DNA of 64,000 nt from Fidelibacterota bacterium (GTDB lineage Bacteria > Fidelibacterota > Marinisomatia > Marinisomatales > Marinisomataceae), in the NCBI GenBank assembly GCA_018672235.1, contig JABHGE010000021.1, positions 9,118-73,117 on the forward strand, written 5' to 3'. Under the pieces are notes generated by a model, which saw only the letters and a program-made list of their open reading frames with translations, had not been told where the DNA came from and did no database searches. The translations under genes were made by a program, and so were the position numbers. Below are positions 29,868 to 39,863 of this stretch, piece by piece (position 1 is the stretch's first letter; each line of letters starts with the position of its first letter).

Positions 29868-31213
29868 TTTTTTTTATCTGATAAAAATAAGATAATTATT
29901 CCCACTATAAACAATACAATATTCGGCATCCATGATCCAATAGCAGGATCTAAGAGAGCCCTATCGGCTAGTTGTTCTCCCCATATTAATAGAATATAAT
30001 ATATAAGAAAAAATGCAATACTTAAGGCTGAGGCTATTGTAATCCCGCCTTTTCTTACTAGTATACCTAGAGGAGCTCCAACAAGAGTAAATAATATACA
30101 GGCCACTGCAAGCGTAAATTTTTTATGGATCTCAACAAGAAATTTGTTATTATTTTTTTCATAATTTTCTATAAGAGTAAATTCATTTTGAAACTGTCTT
30201 GCATTGTTATTTAGAGATCTTATTTTTTCTTTTTCTTCGTAGTTACTGACAGGAGTTTTGTTATTATAATCTCGATTTTCATTTATTTCAACAGAAGTAT
30301 CCTCCTTCAATATTTCAATTTGATTCATGATACCAGCAAGATTCATCTGACTATTTGTATCTATACCAATATCATTTTTAACCGTTTCGATACGTTTTTT
30401 TATTTGTTCTATAGATATTTTATTCTGTTGAATTTTTTCAATCATTGCAGGAACTTTCATTTCACGGTCAGTGCGGTTAGACTCACTGGTTCTATTCAAC
30501 AATAAGTCGTCTATAGAAATGATAATCTGATGTGTACCAAATTTTATCTTACGATAATGATCATAATTTTCTAAATCAATTTCATGAATTTCACCATCTT
30601 GTAAATTCACTGTAATAATACCACCTTTAGACTCTAGCGATCCGCTCTTTGCATAGATAGTGGTTTGTTCTGAGCTTGTATTTTTGCTAAATATTTTTAT
30701 ATCTTTAAATTCTTTGCCATCTAATTCTTTCACAATCATGGTGTATTGTGGAATCATATCGACAAAGTATCCAGGTTCAATGGTCAGCTCAGGTTTTTTT
30801 TGATAAATATCTCTGGCCAATAATCGAGCATTATAATTCATGTCAGGAAGAATAAAATTGTTGAATAGGCATAATAGAAATCCTACGATACTTCCAAACC
30901 ATAGCGCTGGTTTGATAATGCTAAATAAATTTACACCTGCAGATTTTAATGCAGTAATTTCGTTCTCTTGTGACATCCTACCGTAAGTCATCACACTAGA
31001 AATTAATAGAGACATTGGAACAGATAATGCAATGATCCATGCAAGATTTAAATATAGATATTCTAAAATAGTAAACACATCTAATCCCTTACCTAGAAAG
31101 CGATCAATTGCCCTAATAAGGAATTGAAGAAATAGTACAGTAGTAATAACTCCAACGGATAGAACGAATGGAATAAAGGACTGTTTAATTAAATATTTGT
31201 TTAAAGTGCTCAT
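29864..31213 (-). CDS. LptF/LptG family LPS export permease (YjgP/YjgQ)
   Basis: 449 aa. N-terminal TM bundle, large central soluble domain, C-terminal TMs. N-terminus KYLIKQSFIPFVLSVGV is typical. Confidence 0.7.
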   Translation of the reverse strand: MSTLNKYLIKQSFIPFVLSVGVITTVLFLQFLIRAIDRFLGKGLDVFTILEYLYLNLAWIIALSVPMSLLISSVMTYGRMSQENEITALKSAGVNLFSIIKPALWFGSIVGFLLCLFNNFILPDMNYNARLLARDIYQKKPELTIEPGYFVDMIPQYTMIVKELDGKEFKDIKIFSKNTSSEQTTIYAKSGSLESKGGIITVNLQDGEIHEIDLENYDHYRKIKFGTHQIIISIDDLLLNRTSESNRTDREMKVPAMIEKIQQNKISIEQIKKRIETVKNDIGIDTNSQMNLAGIMNQIEILKEDTSVEINENRDYNNKTPVSNYEEKEKIRSLNNNARQFQNEFTLIENYEKNNNKFLVEIHKKFTLAVACILFTLVGAPLGILVRKGGITIASALSIAFFLIYYILLIWGEQLADRALLDPAIGSWMPNIVLFIVGIIILFLSDKKN

Positions 31214-31301
31214 TTTTGATTATTTGTAAAAATTTAACTCTACTTGTGTAAAAACGTAAACTATAATAAGTTTGCAGGCTTATTTAGTTTATTAAGCCAA
31301 T

Positions 31302-31376
31302 GGTGACTGTAGCTCAGTTGGTTAGAGCCCCGGATTGTGATTCCGGCTGTCGTGGGTTCGAGTCCCATCAGTCACC
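31302..31376 (+). tRNA. tRNA-His (anticodon GTG) with encoded G-1
   Basis: Cloverleaf read by eye. Acceptor gtgactg/cagtcac, anticodon stem ccgga/tccgg, loop ttGTGat, T-loop ttcgagt. The extra 5-prime G is opposite C73. Confidence 0.9.
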
Positions 31377-31387
31377 CATATAAATTT

Positions 31388-31462
31388 CGGGATATAGCGT
31401 AGTCCGGTTAGCGCACCTCGTTTGGGACGAGGGGGTCGCAGGTTCAAATCCTGCTATCCCGA
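31388..31462 (+). tRNA. tRNA-Pro (anticodon TGG)
   Basis: Acceptor cgggata/tatcccg, anticodon stem cctcg/cgagg, loop ttTGGga, T-loop ttcaaat. Confidence 0.9.
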
Positions 31463-31468
31463 CAATAA

Positions 31469-31500
31469 AAAGTCTCTTCTTTTGAAGAGACTTTCTTTTT
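31469..31500 (+). terminator. Rho-independent terminator of the tRNA-His/Pro unit
   Basis: AAAGTCTCTTC-TTTT-GAAGAGACTTT perfect hairpin followed by a T-run. Confidence 0.8.
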
Positions 31501-31566
31501 ATAGATTAAAATAATCCATAAACAGACAGGACTACTTCGATTGTTTTTTTTGATGTAAATTAAATA

Positions 31567-32427
31567 ATGGGATTCCTAAATAAAATTATCGATGGTGATA
31601 AAAAAATTGAACTCTATAAATTTGAAGGAGAGAGTTTTACTAGCTTGCCAAAGGATTATCATAATGATAATGCTGTTAAGGTATGTTTCTTAGATCTTGA
31701 AACTACAGGCCTTCAAAAAGATTGTAAGATTATAGAATTTGCTGGAAAAATTACTGCTATTGATAAAAATAGTGGAGAATTACTAGGCATAGTAGATGAA
31801 TATGAATCTTTTAATGACCCAGAAGAAGCCCTTGACCCAGTAATAACAAGAATTACCGGTCTCACTGATGATACTATAGCAGGACACTCTATTGATTGGG
31901 AAGCTGTATCTCGTATTTTAAATAGTGCAGATATTATTATAGCACACAATGCTTTTTTTGATAGAGGGGTGATGGATCGACATTTGCCACTTTCACAAGA
32001 TAAAGTATGGGCATGCTCTGTTAATGATATTAATTGGACAGAGCGAGGCTTTAGTGCTCGAGGCCAAGAAATTTTATGTATTTGGCATGGATTTTATTAT
32101 GATTCACATCGTGCAATGTTTGACGTAGACGCCCTTATTCATTTGATTACTCATGATATCGAGGGCTCAGATAATGCAGTACTAGAATTATTAGTCAATG
32201 CAGCTATGCCTATCTATAAAATTGCTGCAATTGGAAGCCCTTTTCATACAAAAGATCTATTACGATTAAGAAAATATCGTTGGGATCCAGAAAATAAATA
32301 TTGGTGGAAAAATATCTCATTGGATGAAATTGATATCGAAAAAGAATGGATGGCTGACACAATTTATAATGGACATTTTCAGGGCAAGGTAGATGAAATT
32401 TCTATTACAGATAAATACAAATCTTAA
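31567..32427 (+). CDS. DEDDh (DnaQ-like) 3'-5' exonuclease with a Trp-rich C-terminal extension
   Basis: 286 aa. ExoI FLDLETTGL, ExoII IIAHNAFFDRGVM, ExoIII HRAMFDVDAL. C-terminal tail KYRWDPENKYWWK. Confidence 0.75.
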   Translation: MGFLNKIIDGDKKIELYKFEGESFTSLPKDYHNDNAVKVCFLDLETTGLQKDCKIIEFAGKITAIDKNSGELLGIVDEYESFNDPEEALDPVITRITGLTDDTIAGHSIDWEAVSRILNSADIIIAHNAFFDRGVMDRHLPLSQDKVWACSVNDINWTERGFSARGQEILCIWHGFYYDSHRAMFDVDALIHLITHDIEGSDNAVLELLVNAAMPIYKIAAIGSPFHTKDLLRLRKYRWDPENKYWWKNISLDEIDIEKEWMADTIYNGHFQGKVDEISITDKYKS

Positions 32428-32465
32428 CCCTTTCATTATTTTAGTATAAACTCTATTATTGCCTC

Positions 32466-33494
32466 ATGTTAACATCTCAATTTCTAATCGATGAAAAAGT
32501 ATGCTGTGGTCGTGGCTGTAGGATGTGCCCTTATGAACCCAGACATATTAAAGGCAACACAGAGTTACAAAAAAGATGGGATATGTCACAAAAATTATCG
32601 TATAATATTGCCATGAATAAGATTGGCATACCAATGATTGGGCTTGGTACTTGGCTCATTCCTAATGATAAAGTAGAACAAATTTCTACTGATGCTCTAG
32701 AATTGGGATATCAACATATTGATACTGCTCAAATCTATCGCAATGAAGAAGGTATTGGTAAAGCGCTTGCGGCATCATCAACTCCAAGAGATAAAATTTT
32801 TATTACTACAAAGATGTGGCCAGGAATGTTTGGTCAAGAAGAGCCATTTCAAAATTTTAAAGGCGCAATCAGTGCTTGTGATGAGAGTCTTAAATTGCTC
32901 CAAGTAGATGAAATTGATTTATATTTAATTCATAATCCTTTTGCTAAAGAGAATCGATTAGAGCAATGGGAGGCAATGGTTGAATTAAAAAAACAGGGTA
33001 AAGTAAAAAATATCGGAGTATCAAATTATAATGTAAAACATATTCAAGAAATTGAAATGGCTGGGGTTGAAATGCCCGTAGCAAATCAAATAGAAATTCA
33101 TCCATGGCATGTTGTACGCACAGAATTAGCACAATACATGGATAAGCATGAAATATTACCGATTGCTTACTCATCATTAGCTCCAATTCCAAATTGGAGA
33201 GAAGGATCGCAGTGGAATGGAAAGCCTGAAGATATGAAAATCGGTGCGATTCCATGTCAAAATATTGCCGATCAATATGAAGTAACTGTTCCGCAATTAT
33301 TTTTAAAGTGGGCGATACAGCTTGGATATCCAGTATTGCCTAAATCTGTACATTATAATCGCCTAAAAGAAAATTTAGATTTAGATCACTTTACTATATC
33401 TAGAGATGATGTTAAGGTGATATCTAAGATTGCAAAAGATAATCAAAAATGCTTGGCATGGTCTGGCGATTTTGATCCTATTGATGTAGATTAA
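32466..33494 (+). CDS. Aldo/keto reductase with an in-frame N-terminal CCGxGCxxCPY module
   Basis: 342-aa ORF. The AKR core starts around M at 32583 (IPMIGLGTW, IDTAQIYRNE, LYLIHNP, IGVSNY). The first ~30 aa carry VCCGRGCRMCPYEP. Confidence 0.8.
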   Translation: MLTSQFLIDEKVCCGRGCRMCPYEPRHIKGNTELQKRWDMSQKLSYNIAMNKIGIPMIGLGTWLIPNDKVEQISTDALELGYQHIDTAQIYRNEEGIGKALAASSTPRDKIFITTKMWPGMFGQEEPFQNFKGAISACDESLKLLQVDEIDLYLIHNPFAKENRLEQWEAMVELKKQGKVKNIGVSNYNVKHIQEIEMAGVEMPVANQIEIHPWHVVRTELAQYMDKHEILPIAYSSLAPIPNWREGSQWNGKPEDMKIGAIPCQNIADQYEVTVPQLFLKWAIQLGYPVLPKSVHYNRLKENLDLDHFTISRDDVKVISKIAKDNQKCLAWSGDFDPIDVD

Positions 33495-33497
33495 AAT

Positions 33498-34256
33498 ATG
33501 CCTAAATATAATCCTATCGTCGGAGATAAATGGAGATATAATCCAGAGAGTCCGGCTGCTTTCAAGTTAAGTCGAACTAAGATTGAATTATTTTGTAAGT
33601 GTGAACGATGTTTCTACTTAGAAGTTCGCTTAGGATTTAGAGAGCCATCTGGTCCAGGCTGGGCTATTAATTCGGCAGTAGATACCCTATTAAAGAAAGA
33701 AATGGATTATTGTAGAAAAGAAGATAGACCTCATGGTCTTTTTAAAGAGTATAATTTGAATATTAAACCATTTCATCATCCTGATATTGAACAATGGCAG
33801 AACTCATTTAAAGGTATTCAATATGTGCATCCTGATTTTAATCTATTAATATATGGCGGCGTCGATGACATTATGATTAATGAAAAAGAGGAATTAGTTG
33901 TTATCGATTTCAAAGCAACAGCAAAGCGCGCTACCATCAATTCTCGTGACGATGTTTGGGGTCGTGGCGTATCATATAAAAGACAATTAGAAATTTATAG
34001 TTGGTTATTGCAAAAGAATGATTTTGACGTTTCAAAGATTGGCTATCTCATGTATTACAATGGAGATACGAATCAACCGCACTTAGGTAAAACAATGCAA
34101 TTCAGAAGAACATTAGTAGAATTTCAATTAGATACTGACTGGATTGATAATACTGTAGAAGGTATGTTTAATTGTTTACAGAACGATACTGCTCCAACGC
34201 TTGATAAGGAAGCATGTGAGCAATGTTTATATCGTGAAACATATCAAGATCTTTAA
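33498..34256 (+). CDS. PD-(D/E)XK (RecB/Cas4-like) nuclease family protein with Cys clusters
   Basis: 252 aa. GGVDDI...VVIDFKATAK (D...D-x-K) and QLEIYSWLL (QxxxY). Cys motifs CKCERC near the N-terminus and CEQC near the C-terminus. Confidence 0.6.
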   Translation: MPKYNPIVGDKWRYNPESPAAFKLSRTKIELFCKCERCFYLEVRLGFREPSGPGWAINSAVDTLLKKEMDYCRKEDRPHGLFKEYNLNIKPFHHPDIEQWQNSFKGIQYVHPDFNLLIYGGVDDIMINEKEELVVIDFKATAKRATINSRDDVWGRGVSYKRQLEIYSWLLQKNDFDVSKIGYLMYYNGDTNQPHLGKTMQFRRTLVEFQLDTDWIDNTVEGMFNCLQNDTAPTLDKEACEQCLYRETYQDL

Positions 34257-34897
34257 TACATCCCTGTTGGTTTTTCATAAACATGAACAATCTCAATCGC
34301 ATCAGATCGTGACATACGCCCAGGATTTAACCCTAGTTCTCCTTCAGGAATAGGATGTCCTAATTCTTCATAATACTCCACCCAATGAACAAAAGGACTA
34401 TCAGTACCAGGCTCATTGAATGTCATAGGTTTTAAAGAGAATAATTCCTGTGTATTATCTGCCTTTTTAAGCCCTTCATAAATAATTTCAGAGCAATAAT
34501 ATGTATCATCATTTATATCAAAGATATAATCATATGGCTTACCATTTAAATCAGTTTGAATATATGCGATTGCATCTGGAATCATATATTGATATTCATT
34601 TTTGAGACGTCCTACAAATACCTTGTTACTACGATTTAAAAAATCATGTAATGTTGTTTGAATGACAGTCTCTCCAATTGCTTCAGTGAGAATAGTATTA
34701 TGATTGGAAGAGCCTATTGAGGTAATAATTGCACAATGCGATAGTTGAGCTCCTTGATACCCAGAAGTGACTGCTTCAATAGCTTGACATGGTGGTCCAC
34801 AGTCTAAATCTTGAAAAAATATATCTCCAACCTGAAATGATTGTTTTGTACAACTAAAAAATAAAGGAATGAGAAAAAATAATATATATCGATTCAT
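34253..34897 (-). CDS. YiiX-type permuted papain-like (NlpC/P60 superfamily) lipoprotein
   Basis: 214 aa. Signal ending LFFSC. SHCAII early and YYCSEIIYEG late, consistent with the permuted YiiX order. Confidence 0.5.
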   Translation of the reverse strand: MNRYILFFLIPLFFSCTKQSFQVGDIFFQDLDCGPPCQAIEAVTSGYQGAQLSHCAIITSIGSSNHNTILTEAIGETVIQTTLHDFLNRSNKVFVGRLKNEYQYMIPDAIAYIQTDLNGKPYDYIFDINDDTYYCSEIIYEGLKKADNTQELFSLKPMTFNEPGTDSPFVHWVEYYEELGHPIPEGELGLNPGRMSRSDAIEIVHVYEKPTGMY

Positions 34898-34903
34898 ACA
34901 ATA

Positions 34904-35257
34904 CTAAATATTGTCAATAATCTTAACTTCTCTGCCTGTATACTCATATCGTTCAAGATCAGGCCACGCTTTTGCTACATCATGCCAATTATCAGATTTG
35001 CCAAATTCAGTACTTCGTCTTTCCATTGCTACGGTATACTCTTCTTCTGAATGGAACCATAATTCAGCCATTCCACAGCATCCGTTTTCAAGATCTTCTT
35101 CAAAAAATGTAAGTACATATTTTTGAGGCTTTAAAACCTTTACCATATGGGGAGCATGAATGTTTTCCCAATGATCAAAAAAATTAGAACGTTTTACATC
35201 TCTTCTATTTTGAATAAAAAGTATTTTTTTTATCATAATTATCTCCTTGTTATACAT
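34904..35257 (-). CDS. Small EthD-like protein (tentative)
   Basis: 117-aa ORF (start possibly 35236). FFDHWENIHAPH is reminiscent of EthD/dimeric alpha-beta barrel proteins. Confidence 0.35.
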   Translation of the reverse strand: MYNKEIIMIKKILFIQNRRDVKRSNFFDHWENIHAPHMVKVLKPQKYVLTFFEEDLENGCCGMAELWFHSEEEYTVAMERRSTEFGKSDNWHDVAKAWPDLERYEYTGREVKIIDNI

Positions 35258-35336
35258 AAAAATAACATCTTTTTTTTACTAACAACATTATTATTTAGTT
35301 ATTACATTTTATAATAACCAATAATAGTACTTTAAG

Positions 35337-37712
35337 ATGGAGATTTCTATGATCAAAAAAATTATTGCTATAGCTTTAGCAGTATCAACTATTTATCCCC
35401 AAGTCAATCTTGACAAATTTAAACAGTTAAATGAAGATATTACTACCCCTAACACTTACAGGACTGCAGCGGGCTATCCTGGACATGACTATTGGCAACA
35501 AGAAGCAGATTATGATATGAATCTTGTTATTGATGATGAAAATCAAAGACTCTACGGAGAAGAGACAATTACATTTCATAATAACTCACCAGATCAGCTT
35601 AGTTACTTATGGGTACAATTGGATCAAAATGTGAGAGCGTTAGATTCTGATAGCTACAAGATACAATCTTCTGGTGACTTTGGAGCGCAACGTGGGCGTG
35701 AAAAAATGACAGTAGGAGAATCTATTCCTTTGAGTACACTTGAAAATTTCTACAGAGATTTTGATGGTGGATTTAAAATTGAACATGTAAAAGATGGACT
35801 AAATAGAGATTTACCATATATCATCAATAAAACAATGATGCGCATAGATTTACCAACACCGTTGCGCGCAGGACAGTCTTATAAATTTAAAATTAAATGG
35901 TGGTATAATATTAATGACCATATTAGAGATGGCGGAAGATCTGGATATGAATATTTTGAAGAAGATGATAATTATATCTATACCATCGCACAATTCTTCC
36001 CACGCATGTGTATGTATAATGACATATACGGCTGGCAAAATAAACAGTTTTTAGGTCGAGGAGAATTCACATTAATTTTTGGAGACTATGATGTCAAAAT
36101 TACGGTACCAGCTGATCATGTATTGGGTGCTACTGGTGTATTACAAAATCCGCAGCTAGTACTAACTAAAGATCAGATGGCTAGATTACAAGAGTCTAAA
36201 AGTGCTGACGAGCCTGTAAAAATTGTCACAAATTCTGAAGCATTAGAAAATGAAAAAACTCATTCCGAAGAAACAAAAACATGGCACTTCAAGGCAGAAA
36301 ATGTTCGAGACTACGCTTTTGCTACATCGAGAAAATATATATGGGACGCTATTGGTGTTGAGGTTGGTGACAATACAGTTATGGCAATGTCATATTATCC
36401 AAATGAAGCAGAACCTTTGTGGGGACAATATTCTACAAAAGCTGTAGCACATACAGTAGAAGTCTATTCAAAGTATACATTTGATTATCCATATCCAGTA
36501 GCAATCTCAGCCCATATTGATAGAATGGGAATGGAATACCCAATGATTTGTTTTAATGGATATAGACCTGAAGATGATGGAACCTACTCTGAGCGTACAA
36601 AAAAAGGCTTAATTGGAGTAATTATCCATGAAGTAGGACATTTTTGGTTTCCTATGATTGTTAATTCTGATGAAAGACAATGGACGTGGATGGATGAAGG
36701 TCTTAATTCTTTTATGGATGATATAGCAGGAAGAGAATGGGATACAGAATTATTTCACCCATCAAAGAATACTGAGTATATCATCAACTACATGAAAGGC
36801 GATAAATCCAATATTATGCCAATCATGACTAATTCTGAATCAATATATCAATTTGGAGCAAATGCTTATGGAAAGCCAACTCTTGCCTTAAATATATTAA
36901 GAGACACAATCATGGGACGTGAGTTATTTGATTATGCATTTAAAGAATATTCTAAAACATGGATGTTTAAACATCCGACCCCAACAGACTTCTTCAGAAT
37001 TATGGAGAATGCATCTGCGGTAGATTTAGATTGGTTTTGGAGAGGATGGTTCTTTAGTAACGATCATGTTGATCTATCCATTGAATCTGTTGACTGGTAT
37101 CAACTTGAAATGGATCCAGAAGAACAAAAATCATATAAGAAAGAAGCGGATAATAAGAGTCAATATTATAGCGCAATGCTTGATGAGGAAGATATTGAAT
37201 CAACAGTAACAGATCGTGATCCAGCAACTAGAGATTTTTATGATGATTATGATAAAAATAAGGTTACCAAAAAAGATAAAAAACAATACCGTGAATTCAT
37301 GGATGATTTGTCAGAAAAAGAGAGTGAGTTAATCGATAAGAATGACCATTTTTATTCTGTAAAATTTTCTGATAATGGCGGTATAATTATGCCAATTATT
37401 CTTGAATTTGAATATGAAGACGGAGATAAGGAAGTGATTACAATTCCAGTAGAAATATGGAGATTCAATAGAGGCGAAGTAACAAAAGTCTTTAAGACAG
37501 AAAAGCCTATTAAAAACATGACGTTAGATCCACATTTTCAAATTGCTGATGTTGAAAGAAGTAATAATCATTGGCCTGAAAAAAGACAGCCTACACGATT
37601 TGAAACATATAAATCTGAAGGTTGGGGTGGAAGTAGCAATCTAATGCAGCGTGTACGTGACGATGCTGCAACTCCGGATGCTGCAACCCCTGATGTTGAT
37701 TCTACTGAATAA
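35337..37712 (+). CDS. Secreted M1-family zinc metallopeptidase (aminopeptidase N-like)
   Basis: 791 aa. Signal peptide. HEVGHFW-x18-E within WMDEGLNSF (HExxH+E). Confidence 0.85.
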   Translation: MEISMIKKIIAIALAVSTIYPQVNLDKFKQLNEDITTPNTYRTAAGYPGHDYWQQEADYDMNLVIDDENQRLYGEETITFHNNSPDQLSYLWVQLDQNVRALDSDSYKIQSSGDFGAQRGREKMTVGESIPLSTLENFYRDFDGGFKIEHVKDGLNRDLPYIINKTMMRIDLPTPLRAGQSYKFKIKWWYNINDHIRDGGRSGYEYFEEDDNYIYTIAQFFPRMCMYNDIYGWQNKQFLGRGEFTLIFGDYDVKITVPADHVLGATGVLQNPQLVLTKDQMARLQESKSADEPVKIVTNSEALENEKTHSEETKTWHFKAENVRDYAFATSRKYIWDAIGVEVGDNTVMAMSYYPNEAEPLWGQYSTKAVAHTVEVYSKYTFDYPYPVAISAHIDRMGMEYPMICFNGYRPEDDGTYSERTKKGLIGVIIHEVGHFWFPMIVNSDERQWTWMDEGLNSFMDDIAGREWDTELFHPSKNTEYIINYMKGDKSNIMPIMTNSESIYQFGANAYGKPTLALNILRDTIMGRELFDYAFKEYSKTWMFKHPTPTDFFRIMENASAVDLDWFWRGWFFSNDHVDLSIESVDWYQLEMDPEEQKSYKKEADNKSQYYSAMLDEEDIESTVTDRDPATRDFYDDYDKNKVTKKDKKQYREFMDDLSEKESELIDKNDHFYSVKFSDNGGIIMPIILEFEYEDGDKEVITIPVEIWRFNRGEVTKVFKTEKPIKNMTLDPHFQIADVERSNNHWPEKRQPTRFETYKSEGWGGSSNLMQRVRDDAATPDAATPDVDSTE
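37662..37691. repeat. 15-bp tandem repeat (2 copies) encoding DAATP-DAATP at the peptidase C-terminus
   Basis: gatgctgcaactccg / gatgctgcaacccct. Confidence 0.8.
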
Positions 37713-37715
37713 GAA

Positions 37716-38201
37716 ATGCATTTTACTTCAAAGATAATCGGTTCAATATTTTTATTGAGCATACTTTTTGCGCATAAATTTTTTATATCTACAACAGATA
37801 TACAAATTAAGCCCGAAGAAGAAAGAGCTGAAATCACTATTCAAGTATTTAGCCACGATGTGTATTTATTGTTAGAAAATGCTAACTATAAAACAATAAA
37901 TGTGGGTACCGAAAAAGAAGGTGATGATATTGATATATTTCTAGTTAATTATCTATCTGATAATTTTATGGTTCAAGACTATAGATGGAAATATGTTGGT
38001 AAAGAGATTGGTTTAGAGTATACAGTTTTCTTTTTAGAGATAGATAATTTTTCTCCATCTTCTAATGTTGCTATACTGAATTCTCTATTTATGGATTTAT
38101 ATAACGAGCAACGCAATATTGTACATTTTTATAATGGGAGTGTTCTACAATCTGCAAGCATGACAAACAATGAACCAGTTTTTGCGTTTAGCTTTCAGTA
38201 G
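37716..38201 (+). CDS. Hypothetical secreted protein co-transcribed with the M1 peptidase (DUF6702-like, tentative)
   Basis: 161 aa. Signal-like N-terminus. HKFFISTTDIQIK start of the mature region. 3-nt gap after the peptidase gene. Confidence 0.4.
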   Translation: MHFTSKIIGSIFLLSILFAHKFFISTTDIQIKPEEERAEITIQVFSHDVYLLLENANYKTINVGTEKEGDDIDIFLVNYLSDNFMVQDYRWKYVGKEIGLEYTVFFLEIDNFSPSSNVAILNSLFMDLYNEQRNIVHFYNGSVLQSASMTNNEPVFAFSFQ

Positions 38202-39030
38202 TAATTTGATTGCCCATAACCCAGATTAGAATACCACCTGCCATCATTGCAATACATAGCAGTTGACCCATACTGAGACTAAATAATATAAAGCCTAAGT
38301 GAGCATCTGGTTCACGGAAAAACTCAATAAAGAATCTGAAAAATCCATACCCAAAGACATATAGACCACTATTAAAGCCTAGTTGTTTATGTCTATTGAA
38401 ATAGTTAATGATCAAAAATAATACGATACCCTCAAAAAATGCTTCATATAGCTGGGAAGGATGTCTTAGTTGGTAATCTCCAGCATTCATAAAATACATT
38501 CCAATAGCAGATTCTGTAGTACGGCCATATAACTCTCCATTGATGAAGTTGCCTATTCTTCCAAAGAAATATCCCAATGGAATAGAGGCTGTTAAAAAAT
38601 CAGCTAAAGTAAATAAATGCAAACTCACTTGTCGACCATAAAGCCATATAGCAACGATAACTCCGATTAATCCTCCATGATATGACATGCCCGCAATACC
38701 TGTAAATTTCCACACACCATTTTGTATAGAGAATGGTAATAAAATTTCAAGTGGATTTGATAGATAATAATCTAGATTGTAAAACAGTACATAGCCTAGA
38801 CGCGCTCCAATCAATAATCCAATTAATATCCATGACATTAAATCCTCTAACTGGACTAGATTAATTTTAGTAAAGGTTTTATTTTTAATCTTTCTGCTGG
38901 ATAGTAGATATACTACACCAAAGGCTACAAGATACATGGTAGAGTACCAATAAATTGATAGTGGCCCAATTGTTAATAGAGTAGGGTCCATTTTTGCAGG
39001 CAATGTTTGCCACCATAGTATAAAGTCCAT
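38188..39030 (-). CDS. lgt: Prolipoprotein diacylglyceryl transferase
   Basis: 280 aa. GMSYHGGLIG, FGRIGNFINGELYGR, HPSQLYEA. Confidence 0.9.
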   Translation of the reverse strand: MDFILWWQTLPAKMDPTLLTIGPLSIYWYSTMYLVAFGVVYLLSSRKIKNKTFTKINLVQLEDLMSWILIGLLIGARLGYVLFYNLDYYLSNPLEILLPFSIQNGVWKFTGIAGMSYHGGLIGVIVAIWLYGRQVSLHLFTLADFLTASIPLGYFFGRIGNFINGELYGRTTESAIGMYFMNAGDYQLRHPSQLYEAFFEGIVLFLIINYFNRHKQLGFNSGLYVFGYGFFRFFIEFFREPDAHLGFILFSLSMGQLLCIAMMAGGILIWVMGNQITTES

Positions 39031-39092
39031 ACCATAAGGTACAAAAAATACTTTGTAACCTAAAAAAAAATATATAACCTAGAGATAGTATT

Positions 39093-39617
39093 ATGATTTT
39101 ATCAGGAAAAGAAATTATCGAAAGAAAAGGAAAGGATATTGTAATAGATCCTTTCAACGAAAATCAAGTTAATCCCAATAGTTATAATCTAAGATTGCAT
39201 AATGAATTAGTAGTATATGACAATCCTGTTCTGGATATGAAAGAAGATAATCCTGCAACAAAGATTATGATTCCAGAAGACGGTTTATTGCTAGAAAGTA
39301 AAAAACTATATCTTGGAAGAACAATGGAATATACAGAGACAAATAACCTTGTTCCGATGCTAGAGGGGAGATCCTCTGTTGGGCGATTAGGTTTATTTGT
39401 ACATATTACAGCAGGCTTTGGAGATGTAGGATTTAAGGGATATTGGACATTAGAAATTTTTTGTGTGCAACCAATAAAAATTTATCCTTCTATAGAAATT
39501 TGCCAAATTTTTTATCATTCAGTTGAAGGTGATTATACTCCATATCAGAGCGGTAAATATCAAGGCAATCGAGATATCCAGACTAGTATGCTTTACAAAG
39601 ACTTCAAAAAGAAGTAA
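39093..39617 (+). CDS. dcd: dCTP deaminase
   Basis: 174 aa. [33 protein letters not shown]. Confidence 0.9.
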   Translation: MILSGKEIIERKGKDIVIDPFNENQVNPNSYNLRLHNELVVYDNPVLDMKEDNPATKIMIPEDGLLLESKKLYLGRTMEYTETNNLVPMLEGRSSVGRLGLFVHITAGFGDVGFKGYWTLEIFCVQPIKIYPSIEICQIFYHSVEGDYTPYQSGKYQGNRDIQTSMLYKDFKKK

Positions 39618-39621
39618 TTGT

Positions 39622-39861
39622 ATGCAAAATATCCCCTCCTTATTTTTTGTAGCACTTATTAGGGGGTATCAAATATTTTTATCACCATTATTAGGATCAA
39701 ACTGTAGATATCAACCAACTTGTTCCCATTATGCCATTGAGGTTATTAAGGAATGGGGATCTTTTAAGGGAAGTGCGTTAGCATTAAAAAGAATATTAAA
39801 ATGTCATCCTTGGTCAGAGAGTGGTTACGATCCTATTCCAAGGAAAAAAAGGAATAAATAA
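39622..39861 (+). CDS. yidD: Membrane protein insertion efficiency factor YidD
   Basis: About 79 aa from ATG 39622. [23 protein letters not shown] signature. Confidence 0.85.
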   Translation: MQNIPSLFFVALIRGYQIFLSPLLGSNCRYQPTCSHYAIEVIKEWGSFKGSALALKRILKCHPWSESGYDPIPRKKRNK

Positions 39862-39863
39862 GT

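Noticed and set aside
39036-39062. BirA-operator-like inverted repeat GGTACAAA...TTTGTAACC between lgt and dcd
   Set aside because: The half-sites face outward relative to the bioO arrangement, and the repeat is imperfect. The BirA-like protein in this window has no DNA-binding domain, and no biotin genes are adjacent.
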